64,000 nt of DNA from Daphnia carinata (taxonomy: Eukaryota), in contig NC_081331.1 in the NCBI RefSeq assembly GCF_022539665.2, positions 2,356,001-2,420,000 of the forward strand, read 5' to 3'. Positions 1 to 13,687 of this stretch are shown piece by piece (positions within the stretch are counted from its first letter, which is position 1; each line of letters begins with the position of its first letter). The translations under genes and the position numbers were made by a program. The notes below the pieces were generated by a model. That model was given only the letters and a program-made list of their open reading frames with translations. It searched no databases and was not told the DNA's origin.

Positions 1-429
1 ACAAGAAGACGTGGCTGGGCAGTGGAGGAGGGCACAGACATTTGCATTACGGGATTTAACAGCAATATATAAGACAGACACGAGCATGCAGAAAAAAAAA
101 ATAAGGGGAGGTGGCGTTCCATCAATGCGGTTACTGTCGTTGGTTTTGTTGCGTATTTGATGGAATCTCATCATTCTAAAACATGTTTTGAGAAAAAAAT
201 TTATGTCACAAAACAAAAAAGAAGACCTATGTCTTTTTCACGCCTGTCGACTCAAATACGCGTGTAGCGTAACAAAAGCGAAAAGCTAAACAATAGTGGC
301 CACATTTACATCTGGCGATGCCAAGGTTCAAAACGTTGTGCTTTATTAAAGAGAGAGAAAAAAAAAGACGGGTATGTATAATGCTAAAGCAATTCAAAGA
401 ATTTAGAATGAGAAAAGGAGAAAATTCGT

Positions 430-3400
430 TTACGCTATTTCGTAATGTGGCGAATCAGTTAAGTGCGTTGATTTGAATGCAGCCTGTGAGTGCGGTGGCC
501 AACATTGGCGATGTCCAGTCGATGTCTGAATCCAGCAAGGATACCTCTTCCGGTCACGAGCCCCTGATGATAATGCATAGCGAAACGACGTTGATGGGCA
601 AAATGTCCTGGCGACCGATGCGGGACAAGGTGTGTAATCGCATAATTCGCCTGAAAAAAAAAATAACAATTCAATCGACTGCATCTACAAGTCACGAATA
701 ATAATTATTTTTATTTTTCTCGCATTTTTTCCCATTCATACTAGCTGGAAATATATGGGGCAGATGTCAGCTGTTTGTTGCCGACACCGTTTCTTTTCTT
801 TTGCGTCATAAAAGTAGGGAGGGCTCATTAAATCTCTATTGCCGTGTGTATGGCCGGACATTGAACGAAATGGCCACACTTAATCCATCGCACATTAAGG
901 GATCCGTTAAATAGCAAATTGCGTTAGCCCAATAATGAGAAAACATTAAAGTTTTTTTGTTTTTTTTTTCGTATCGAACCGGAACCCACATTGGACATTA
1001 GCAAAGTCGATGTGATTTGTTATCGGCCTTTCGCACACTTTTGGAAAACGTGGTTGTGCGCTTTCCCACACGCAATCAGCACCGCCGGGAACAAAATGTA
1101 AATGTTGAAAAAAAAAGGACGTAACACCACACTATATCCAATGCGGTAGTTGGCGGTGATTAACGATAACTGCCTTTTCACTCCCAGCCCCTGCTATAGT
1201 TAAAAGAGAACTCACGAAAAGGAATCAAGATGTTAAATAAAAATCCCGCCCCGCTTTCCTTTGGATTCCCACATCGGCCGCTATAATTGCGTTCGCAATC
1301 ATGTTTCTCGGAGGTCTTTTACGTCTAAATTCCTTGTAATTCTATTATGCATTCGGCTGCTCGTTTACAACAAAAGATTTTCATTCGATTCCCCCTTTTT
1401 TTAACGTTAATATTTGTGAAATCGAATTATAGCGCGTCACGTTCTTTGTCGACATTTACAGGATTGAGTTCAGAGACCGTTCAACGTGAAAACCGTTAAA
1501 AATCTGAGATAGTCTCTTATACTATTATTGCCGCTCGACGTATTGTTGTGACTTGTGAGAAAATCATCGGAAAAACCAATGAATGGAATTTCCTTTTTTT
1601 TTTCACAAGAAAAGCCGGTCCATTGTTCCGTCGCCCTCCTAGAGACCAGCGGAGACGGGCCATTCAGCGCAGTCTACCGCAGTTTCAACTCGTCGATTTT
1701 TGTTTATCCTCTCACGATCTAGTCTCTCTCAAGAAAGGTGATGAGTACGCTTAAAAAAAAAAATAAATTCGCCTAGATAATAAGATAAGAAGTACCTTGG
1801 AAATTGGGCGGACAAAAACAAGTAAAATATCCAGGCGCTGCGTGAGAGTTGTCGACACAGCGGCCACCGTTTTTGCACGGATTGGAAGCGCAGTAGGTTC
1901 CCATTAGTCCCGCCGCTCCTTCGTTCATTGTTTTGTCGACTCGCGTCACGTCACCCTGTAAATGTAAACATTGCGTACTTTGAATCGATACGGTTCGTAA
2001 CACTCGACCGATTCAGTATCCCGAATTGAAGTCTCAGACTTATAAATAGAAAGGGTTCTATATTAATAGCCTGTAGATATTTACGCGCAAAGAACCGTTT
2101 TGACCATGGTGACGACTGTGACGTATCCTGACATTAGGGTTTGAATGGCTTCGGCGCCGATGTTCACAGCGTGAACCGGTGAAACCTAGCGGACATGTAC
2201 AGTTCAAAAAGTCTCGTCCTAGATGGCCTTTGACTTGTCGGTTGACGTGACACGTTCCCCCGTTCAGACAGTACAAAGTAGGACAATACGGCGTCTCGCA
2301 ATGAATACCTTCATCAAGAAAAGAAGATTGTCAACAGGTTGGATTTTATAAATGCAATTGACGAAGTAGAATAGGCGCATGTACCTTTTGTTCCGACCCG
2401 GCATGAACATTTGAAACTGCTGACTATCCGATTGCTGTAATCAGCGTAACGCGTGGACCTGAAACAAGTTCCTCCGGCCAGGCATGGATTCGGCCAACAC
2501 GGATCTTCTGGATCGACGGCTGTTTCGTTTATTGTTGACAACGAGTTTCGTGAAACGGCCTCTCGTCCGGTCGCCAGCTGGTACGAATTTTGATGATGTC
2601 TACGGTTTTTGTATTTGATGTGTTTGCTGTCGCTGTTCGTTTGTTTGTCGTCGTCTTCTCGCAAAGTGTGTGCCGCTGCTGTTTTGCCCAGTTTGCTAGC
2701 AGATTGCCGAGTTTGTATGGCAGGCGATCTGTCCAGTGACTTGCGGTTTGGCAATTTCGTTAGGGCTACAATTGATGGATGGACGGGCCGGTTAGGTCGG
2801 TGCTGACAACGGGGATTAGGATGCTCAGAAGATTTGACTACAGATGGCCGATTTGGACAAGGCCGGCATTCCGTCTGTCCAACTCTGTCTTGATACGTTC
2901 TCGCCGGACATGGCTGACAGCTGCCTTTCAACTGGAAAGTGTTGACTGGACATTTTTCTGCATGGATCAAAGAGAAAGCTTTCATCAAGGCGGCCAGTTG
3001 AAATTTGCGTGTAATGGATTTCTTACGGCAATTGTTGGTGGATGCATTGACAACATAGCCCGGCAGAGGACAAATCAAATCGAGTTTGGCCAGCTGAAAG
3101 GATTTGTTGAGGAGATCGCCGCCTGCCGCTTCCAATTTTTTGCGGAAATCCGCATTCTTTTGAATTAAAACTTCCGTTTCAGCCTTTGTAAATCACACAA
3201 TAAAAATGCAAATCACACAGAGTTCCTTTGAACCCACAACACGCTAAAAAATGAAATACTTTTATCTTTTCAATGAGCATTTCGCCTTCTGGAACTTCCG
3301 AACCTTCGTAAAAGTAATCGTCGTAACTAAATGGCTGGTAGCTAGCCGCTACGGTCCACGACAAGTTGAGGATGGCAATACTGCGATTTTTACAAGGGAA

Positions 3401-6400
3401 TGATTTGAATATCATTCCGCCCAATCAGTGAAAGGAATTTTGAAAAAAAGTAAACCTCTTATTAGGTGACATTTCATGATGACATTGAGCAGTCAATACA
3501 CTACAATTGGCAGTTTGACAAGCTTCTGCATTGTGATGAAGCAGGGCCGTCTTGGCCGCCTGCATGAGTTTCTCAACGCCAACTCTATCATCGCACCAGG
3601 AGGTTGATGATTTCGTCGGTAATAAATGTCCGAGCTGGAATCGGAATTCAGCAAACATGACGGTGTTACCCGAGGCGGGATCAACTAACACATTATTCCA
3701 ATAAAAAAAAAAAAGAATAAGCACTTAAAGGCAACAATGTAGCTGAAGAAATGCTGTAACATTTTTATTACGGTTGAGTTGGACGTCGTAGTTGCAGTTG
3801 AATTTGGCATCCGTCTCGTTGTTTTTCGCTACACACAACCGTTTGAAAACGAGGGGACTGTCTGTGTTGGTGCCATTGGAAAAGGATTTTGAATGGACGA
3901 CATTGACATCACATGTGACGTGAACTGCGCTGCCGTCCGTCGTCGGAGCTTGGAACTTTGGCAGTGCCAGATGAACGTCCTCAAAATCCGGTACGGTCAA
4001 ATTCAGACCGGAACACTGGCTCGAGTCCAATGGAACGGGGACTTCCAATTCTATCGTACACCCGGAAATCATTTGAATACGTTAAATTGAACCCTTTCTA
4101 GAGGTCAAACATTCAGAAAGGTTCAAAAACTGTTCAAAACGTACTGATACATTTGGGTGGTCGGCTTGTTCCAGGGTCGCTGTAACAGTCCCAGATTTGT
4201 TGGACGAGATGGCGGTCAGTTTTGGGTGTCACGTATCCATTGTCGCACGTGTAACGACATGTCGTTATGCTGACGTCATCACCGACGGACGAACAAGCCA
4301 CTCGGCCGTGTTCGGGCGACGGTGGCGGCCTGCACAGTCTCACCCGTTCTCGGCGTTCGTCTGACCCATTTGGGACCGTAATCAAATGTTGATGGTGTCC
4401 TCCGATTAGATTTAAAGTATTTCCCGCAGAAAAACTTTTGAACGTGTTTTTACCTGTGACTGATGCAGATGGCATAACTTGCAGACTATAACGACAGTAA
4501 GCGTGATGCCTAAAGCCTAAAGATCTGTCTGTGATGTTGTTGTCACCGTCGTCCAGCTGATAAGCCACCTTGACAACCACACGATGCGTTCCTTGATCCA
4601 ACACGGTACCTGGCTGAGGGCCGAGGACCACCTGCGTTCTCATCTTTTCTTTTTGATACCTTTTGCAAATAAAATTCGACAGAGAAGCGGTTATGCGTCA
4701 TCATAAATAATTCTTTATCTTTCGTCTCCCATCTCTTTTTTTAAACAAAAATGGGGTGGTGTTCCCTTGATTTCCTTTTAGATACAATATGGCCTTGTTT
4801 TATGGAAATTGACTTTTTGTTGTTGTTAGGTGATCAATCAAAACTCGTATACTTTTTTTGTTTTTCTTTACTTGTTGGATGAATGGAGACAAGGGCGGAC
4901 TATGGGCTCGGGCATCCGGACGGCGCCGACATGATGGGCGTCTACCCCGTTGTACAACTCGGCGTCGTATCTATCGGGTGAAATCATTGAACTTGCCGGG
5001 CAGATAAAACATGGTCGACTTGCCCTTCGACTATGCCGTTTCAGGTTAGTCGCCCAATGGCTTGTCGATAGTTGGTCTGTTCTTGCAGCATCACCGTACA
5101 TGCCTGTCATTTTTTTTGTTTTTAGAGGGCACAAAGATTTAATCATTTCGCTATCCACGGAAAGAAAAAGAAAAGAGGCGGTCGTCTTATTATATCTGCA
5201 GGGAGAGAAGGGGAAACCATTTCACTGGAAATGGTCAAGTGTGTACAGCAGCCAGAAAAAGGGCTAGTCTTATAAGGTATAATGAGAAACGAATTACGTT
5301 GAGTGTATTGTACGGTCGGGAGAGAAAGAGCTAACGCCTTTTAGTTCTTCGTGTTTTGGCTATAGATGCGTGCTGTCTATAGTGCAACACACGCAACAGT
5401 CATATTCTTTTGTTTCTTTTTCAATAACGCCCGCAAGAAGGCAATTGGTGAGAAAAAATTATTGCTGTCCCATTCGCCTCTTTCAGAATGAGACCCCAAA
5501 AATGAAAAAAAAATAAATTCTTATTCTAAAAGGAAAAGCTCGTTCGTTTAAATTTGTCTCCCTTCTAGCGATTCTTTTTTAACAGCTTCATGAAGGACGA
5601 ATCAACTTTACATTACCCAAGGCTATATAGGGAGTCTTAACAAAATATGAATGTCTGGTTTGCTAAACAGAAAGCGTCATCTCCTTTAGCGGAATTTTTT
5701 ACGTAGAGAAAACAAATCATAAAAAGAAAAACTGGAATTGTTTGGCGCCTCTGTGAGCGCCAGGTGACACGTCATTCTGATCGAAGAGGACTGGCTGTCA
5801 TTCCTGTGTTCCAATTTTTTTCCCCATGGATTTTCAAACTAGCCGCCAAAAGAATTTTTCCCAGCAAAGTCCGCTCGAATTTTGAAGCTCTGACATATTC
5901 GTGCAGATGCTGCGTGTTGCAGACACGGATAATATCTTCCAGACGCTGACGTATCTCGACTTCTTTTCACTTTCGCGATGTGCTACTACCACAGCGCACA
6001 TTATATTTATATCCACTCTACGCTGCTATATAAGCATCACGCAACACCCATCGAAAAAACCAAACGCGCACACCACATCAGACACTCAATCTCTATCTTT
6101 TTTTTTTGTTTTTGGCTCAAGAAAAACTCTATATATTTTTTCTTTTTTTTATTATTATTATTAAAGCGCGAGATAAGAGCGCATTAAACACACAGAAACA
6201 GCAGATGCTTGACGACGAGATTATTTATCACGCAGCGCGCTGTTGTTCTGCCATATGAAAGATGCAGTTTTTTTTCTACCATTTTTTGGTTGGGGTTTGA
6301 GGGTTTAGCTTGTCAAGTGTTGGGCGTAGACTTATTCGAACTCGAATTAAAAAATGAAAAATAAATAAAAGAGTTACGGAGAAAGAAATAAACCGTTGCG

Positions 6401-6604
6401 AGCTAGTCACAACACCAACGTTTTTATAACCCAATTTCCAAAGAGCATATGTACGGCTATAAAAGTAGTAGACAGGATATTTAGCTACTGGTTCTCGCCT
6501 TACTCGCAAGCAACAACTTAATGTGGGTCGAAAAATAAAAACTTACCCAAAACGACGAAGAGCAATGATACCAACAGTTGGCAAAGGATGATCGGCATCA
6601 TCAT
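430..6604 (-). CDS. Secreted multidomain protein (signal peptide, HYR-like segment, sushi/CCP, ephrin-receptor-like Cys repeat, 3 EGF-like domains); SVEP1-like modules
   Basis: Exon 1 (6604-6547) encodes the signal peptide MMMPIILCQLLVSLLFVVL and ends in a GTAAGT donor. Phase-compatible GT-AG exons follow at 5103-4872, 4659-4454, 4360-4146 (sushi CRPPPSPEHGRVAC..CRYTCDNGY), ~4050-3771, ~3685-3456, ~3380-3260, ~3185-2384 (CPVNTFQ..CQPCPARTYQDRVGQTECRPCP; EGF CWPNPCLAGGTC), ~2308-2084 and ~1955-1796. The last exon 650-430 completes the third EGF (CFCPPNFQG|ELCD). AATAAA lies on the - strand at ~342-347. Confidence 0.8.
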
Positions 6605-8885
6605 CGCTGCCGGAATAAATAATAACAATGGGAGTTCACGTTAACGATATTCTTATAGAAACTTGAAGTGTCTTTCGCGTGTTAGGTCCTAGCAGAAATG
6701 TTTCTATGTGTGTTTGTAGCGTGCAATGTTTAGAGAGTCTAAGTGCGTCACGCCATACGAGCAACGTCCGTCCGGCGTGAACCTGCCGGCGCGACTGTAG
6801 TGCTGCGAACGAGAGACTGCCCGTCGCGTCGAAAACACGTCGGCCAACTCGGGCGCTATACCAAAACTTTCTTCACCCCTACAGAGAAAGAGTGGAATGA
6901 CTAGTAAGAAAACAAACAAGCAAAACACAACAACAAATGAATAAATAAGAGCGACGAAATAAAAACGTGATGATCGACACGAGGGAAATAACCCTGCTGA
7001 ATTTATACCCGTCGTGCATAATATACCATTTCTTCCCCTATATACTTTCGATCGTATTATTCTAAAATAAGAATAATAGAATGCGGACGGCAGAAAGCCA
7101 AATTGGAGCTGTCGTCACGTTATTACGCGTGTATATTCGATCTAAGTTGATTCCTATTATTCGGCGAGGAAGAAAACTAGCGATTGATTAGGCAACACAT
7201 CTTTTTTTTTCTCTTCTCCTCATGTGCATAATCTAATTAACTGATATTTGCACTTTGTTCGAATTCTCAAATGCGTCCCTGTAATATTGATCGTTGTTTT
7301 CTTGAAAACGTATTTGCACTGGATACAGTTGATACTTGAACAGAATTGGCTGTTTTCTTTCTATATGTCCGCCCATTCACGATGTGAGGGGCTGATCTCG
7401 ATCAGATCGCTTCTTTTTTTTTTTTAATAGACAGGATGTCACGACAAGAGGAAAGAAAAGAATCTGGCAAAAAAAAAAAAATCACAGAGTCAGTGACTGA
7501 ATGAAGAATATGAGAAGGCATAAAAAAACTTTTGGGCAGTGCCCCATGTCCTTCGAATATCGGCCCTCTATACTGAGACTCTGATGGATGGCTCGGGAAT
7601 CTTGGGGGGTGCAAACGGCGGAGAGTGCAGAGGAGTTGGCTAGCGTGACGGCACCTCGTATTTGTTTTGTGTCCTTTCGCATAAAAAATAAAAGAAAGAG
7701 AAAAAAATATCTAGTGCTAATAAATCAACGTAGAAGAGAAAACTTGCCTTTTTTTTCTGTCGTGGTCCTCTTAACACCGTGAACGTGTAAGGAAGATATG
7801 ATCTGCTGAAAAGATGATGACTTACCTAACCTCTTTGAAAGATGTCTTGACCCTAAAAAAAACTATCCCGTACGTGCTCGGCACGCGTATTGATTTATTC
7901 TCGTTGTTTCAGGACTCCCGCCATCTTTTTCTTAAAACAAACACTGAAAGTTATGAAAACGTGAGCGTCGTGCACGAGCTGATTGAGAAAACCATCCATC
8001 TCTGGGGCATGCAAAGCAAACAAAATGGTACATTTCTTGGACAATGCTAAACGTTTACACTTAAAAAGTATTCTGTTGCATAACATAGGTATTGTGCTCC
8101 ACGGGAATGCTTGTATGGATTCCATTTTGAATGGAAAAAAGCGTGATTTTCGGAATTTTATTTTGTTAGAGTCTACAATTCAAAAGGTTTCACGTATAAT
8201 ACGATTCCACACTGCAAGAGACAAAAGAAAGTGGGATACTAGCACGTCGGAATGGGAAACCCATCACGAAAAATTCATTGTGACGAAAGGTACGCATATG
8301 ATAGGCGATGCCACGACCAAGTGGCGCAAACATCCGCATTCTCATCTTAGCGTCTAGTAGTCGCCTGTGTAAATCGATGTTTGCCCCATAGCGTCCAATT
8401 TCGTACGATGACTAGCAAAGGAAACCTTTTAGTTGCGGAGCTCATGACTCGCTTGCCCATTTATTTCGAAACCGTGATTCGATATCTTGAATCATGGAAA
8501 GACATGACTTACGATTGCGGAGATCGGTAGCTGTATCAAAACGGTTTATTCTTCGATGGTTTTAAGAGGAAAAACTTTGAGTGGCACATGTGGTATTACT
8601 CACAATGACTGCTTTCTTCTCATAAAGTGTGACGGATTGCTTTCCTTAATAGCGTCTCCGCCTAGCCTCTCGCGAAGGCGACCGGGATAAAAGAATCGTA
8701 ATCGAAGTCGCCTCAGAGACTACGCCACCTGTTAACGTCGTCGGCAACTCCGTTGAGGGAATCGATGGCGGCAAACCATTCACTGGTATTGTTGTGATCT
8801 GTCTCTTGTGTCTGATCCCCACGAATAGTTTCATGTAATTCTCGGGTGTTTATATCTTTGTGCTTAAGGTTTTTCGTAATAAAGA

Positions 8886-9696
8886 ATGCAAATCGTCATA
8901 CAATCGTAAGTGAGGGTAAAAACTACATTTATGGTGAATCATTGTTAGTTATACTAACCATCATCAACTATGCTCGATAGCTAGTGGCTTACTGCTATTC
9001 ATGCTTTCCATGCATACCACCTTCAATACTAGGAATGTCGGATTCATATTAGGAAGGCTTTAAAATCTAAAAAATTTTGAAAGTTGAAATTTTTTTAAAA
9101 AATGCTTTTGAGCTCAAGCCTTGTACAAAATGAAAAAAAAAAATGCCTGATTAGAAAAACATAAAAGTTCTATTTGTATTTAAACCAAAATCTAATGAAT
9201 CTTGACCGAATCACTACTTATTTTATGTTGGTGCTTTTTACCAGTCAATCATTTCAATTCATGCTATATTTAAAAACCTTATGTATAACTAATACCATGT
9301 TTGAATCCAAGAACAGGCAACATCACTGAGTATTCTATGATAGAATTCCAAGGTGATCTAGAAACTAAATCAGATGAGGCCTTGGGAGGTAAAATTATCG
9401 GTGATTTGCACTTTAATCATGAGGTAATTTAAATGCATAAAACTTAGGAAAAAGATTTATAAAGTTAACATTTTGATCAATCAATTGGATAGGGAAATCC
9501 TATTATGATTATTGGACACCATATCCTCCATGGAAAAGTTCAAGATCTTGATAAACCCCTGGTAGTTATCACGAAAGAAAATGATGGTATTCCCGAAAAC
9601 GATGTCAAATACGGTGTTACAGCAGTCATCAAAAGAAAGCTTATATTTAAGACTAGACCCAAACCGATTGTTGGCGAAACTACAAAGAAATTGTGA
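8886..9696 (+). CDS. CHTF8: Chromosome transmission fidelity protein 8 (Ctf18-RFC subunit)
   Basis: Three exons (8886-8905, ~9312-9423, ~9493-9696) give MQIVIQS..YSMIEFQGDLE..IGDLHF..GNPIMIIGHHILHGKV..AVIKRKLIFKTRPKPIV, matching the CTF8 family signature. Confidence 0.93.
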
Positions 9697-9771
9697 TAAT
9701 TTTGTATGTATTCACTACCTTCATACACCACTTTTATGGGTAATCTTTACAGTAAAGCCATTTATTGTGAT

Positions 9772-10886
<1,115 letters not shown>

Positions 10887-11456
10887 CCCTTATATAGTCA
10901 ACCAACAAATTGGTTGTTTTTACGAAGATAGAATTTGATCACAAATCTACTAGCAGACCGACGGCACCATCAAATGTGCACTACCAGTTTGCCAACAAAA
11001 AGCAGCCGTTGGAAGAACACTTTGATAGCAGTGCAAGCAGCGCATAGCCGCTGCACTTTTCTATTGACCCCAATGGTACTTTCCATAATCGATATACACA
11101 AAGCTCCCAAATAATATCGATCTATCCGCGATCTATTACCACTTCACCGTTTACTAGTTCGAAAAACAAAACGTAGATTCACATCTGCATTTTCTATCAC
11201 AAACGAAATAATGAGATCTTAGCGCCTAAACGGCGTAATACCACTACCAGTGATCCTAAAAAATCAGTTTACTTCATCCGTTTCTGGTGCTTTGCATTCA
11301 AAAACTCACTGCCACGTAAAGGTCTAATTATATGACGAATACAGATTTAGATTCTACACTTATGACTGTAGGTCACTGGCCGTTAGCTTATCTCTAGGCA
11401 GTGTTCATTTAAAGTTTAAGACCCGTAAAATTTCTTCTGCTTTTTTCTTTTTCTGG

Positions 11457-11808
11457 GACTAGGTATTGGCCTAGAACCAATCAGGGGAGGCATTTTATGG
11501 CTACGGGTGGGCATTGGGGTTCAGAGCGCCAAATTTTTGGCCCAGTTGCCCCGAATCCAATTGAGCTCTGTGATCGGGGTTGCAACGCTGATAGCAACCA
11601 AGTGATTGGGTTAGAGTGAAGACCCCGCGCACAGGCAATTGAAGCGGATCTAGGACTCGGGCCCGATCATCTGAAAACCAGCATACTACCGGAAGGTACT
11701 AGCGCAAAGTTAAAAAAAATTGAAAACAACACATTTTACATGTGTCACGCAAGTATTGTCCAGGCTCGATCTCAGGTAATCGGGGCGAAACTGTCCAAGT
11801 CCTAGGTC
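11457..11808. repeat. Inverted-repeat-rich island (possible non-autonomous TE remnant or structured RNA)
   Basis: GATCTAGGACTCGG (11648) is complementary to CCAAGTCCTAGGTC (11795). GCCCGATCATCTGA pairs with TCAGGTAATCGGGGC. The reverse complement of ~11536-11568 resembles ~11764-11798. Several small hairpins are also present. Confidence 0.45.
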
Positions 11809-11963
11809 AATCGCTACGCACAGCTAAATATAACGAAATCTGGCAAATCAGCACCTTCACTTTATCAACGCACAGTCAACAAAAACGTTTTAAGGCATCA
11901 ATTGCGTTAAATTAACTAAGAAGCTTCTTGCTTCAAAATTCCCTTTCGTTCTTGTTGGTCAAG

Positions 11964-13226
11964 ATGCTCAACCAAGTTGCAGTCGAGGCTCTTTATTCGG
12001 CCACGTATTTAGAAAACTACCTTGACAGTGTCGAGAACTTGCCCAACGATCTCCAACGACACATTTCCAGAATGAGACAGCTGGACGTCGACTTCCAAGG
12101 TGTATTTTCACCAGAGTTATTTAGTTCCGTGAATTACCTCAGAGTTTGCTCGACTTTAGCCATTCTGCGGGACATTGAACACTACAGCGACGCAATCCAA
12201 AAGGGTCCAGAGGCGCAAGAAAATCAAGCAGATTCAGGTGATGAAAAACCAAGTGGCTCTGGCTTGACAGCCTCTTCTGGGGGGAATGCAGGTCACTGGA
12301 GGAAGCGGCTTTTGCAAAAAGTTCAGTCTGCCCTCATATCTTCATTAGAAATAGGAGATGAAAAACTGCAATTGGTGCAAACAATGCAGGATGTGGTGGA
12401 AAATAAATCAAGACAACTAGAAACTGACTGTAAAGCATTAGGTAAGTTATATTATAATGGTAGAATGAAAATATATGTAAAATTTGCAGTTATTACAGAG
12501 TTTAGTAAAGACAGAGAATCAACTGACTGCCCAAAGGATTATACTCCAAACAGTCGGGAGGTGAGTTCAGCAACTGGAGGAACTGCAGGCAATACAGGAG
12601 AAAGAACCAAAAGAGCAAGAAGAGCACGCCCAGATGTAAGTTTTTGTATTTATTTCACACTGACTTCTAAAGAACATTTTTTGCCTTCAGGATCGTGATT
12701 CTCCAGTCCCCACTACACCAGTAATTGTTGCTCCTTCTCAAAGGAAGACGTCAAATGCGACCAATTCAGCTACCGCATCAAGTAGATTATATTTTTTTAT
12801 TTCAACAAGGCAATAGAAAAACTTACTAAACATTTTCCGAATTGGTTTAGCTGGAGCTAAAAAGAAGAAACGTCGTTCGGGAAGAGAGAAGGAAAGAAGC
12901 GCTTCCCCTCAAGAAATCCCTATTGATCCGGACGAGCCAACATATTGCCTTTGCGATCAGGTGAGGATTTAACTATAATTCAAATGATATTCTATATATA
13001 TATATTTTTTTTGCGATAGGTTTCATTTGGTGAGATGATCGGATGTGACAACGACTTGTGCCCTATTGAATGGTTCCATTTTTCGTGCGTCCAGCTCACA
13101 ACAAAGCCGAAAGGCAAGTGGTACTGTCCGCGCTGTCGAGGTGACAGACCAACTGTCATGAAACCGAAAGCCCAGTTTTTAAAGGAGCTGGAAAGATACA
13201 ACAAAGAGAAAGAGGAAAAGGCCTAA
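11964..13226 (+). CDS. Inhibitor of growth protein, ING1/ING2 type (PHD finger H3K4me3 reader)
   Basis: N-terminal ING domain [36 protein letters not shown], basic [54 protein letters not shown]. Six canonical exons. AATAAA at ~13392. Confidence 0.94.
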
Positions 13227-13338
13227 AATGTGTTTTTGTTGTGTGTGTCACTCTTATCTCCACCATCTCGTTTTCTTATCACTTGTGTATGTATAAATCA
13301 GAAAAAAGACTGCCTCCTTGTTATGTGTAGGTAAAAAG

Positions 13339-13372
<34 letters not shown>

Positions 13373-13687
13373 TGTATTTCGTCAAAGTTTAAATAAAGAC
13401 GCTCTACTTTCTACTCCCGTGTCATGGGGAGATGGGGGATTGGTGAATAAAGTCAGCTGGAACGTGTTAAATCACCCACGATTTGGCATCGCCGTCTGTA
13501 GCAGATGAATTTCCCGACAAGAGAAAACTGAAAACAGTATAGTAAGAGTATCCTCGGGAAAGGGTGTATAATTTGCGTTGTTTGGTATTTATTATGAAAA
13601 TTTTCGTCAACGAGCCCGTTTCGAATAAACTGTCGAAATTTCAGTGACAACTATTCAGAAAAAAAAACAATTAAAAAGAGCTCTTTC

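Noticed and set aside
2009..2038. Possible 30-nt in-frame micro-exon (SETSIRDTES) in the EGF gene
   Set aside because: It would need flanking introns of only ~45 and ~53 nt, and skipping it keeps the frame equally well. Undecidable without reads.
7381..7425. GATGTGAGGGGCTGATCT resembling the 5' end of vertebrate 7SK RNA
   Set aside because: The match is under 20 nt, is followed at once by a long T-run, and no other 7SK elements are present.
7814..8357. Overlapping + strand ORFs of 78-124 aa
   Set aside because: No recognisable domain. Splice signals on the - strand suggest non-coding 5' exons of the EGF gene instead.
11648..11808. Hammerhead-like GAAAC..GTC junction, and a CTAACC telomerase-template-like word on the - strand at ~11609-11614
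   Set aside because: The CUGANGA core is absent (GACTCGG instead). The template-like word is too short to be meaningful, and internal T-runs argue against a full-length Pol III transcript.
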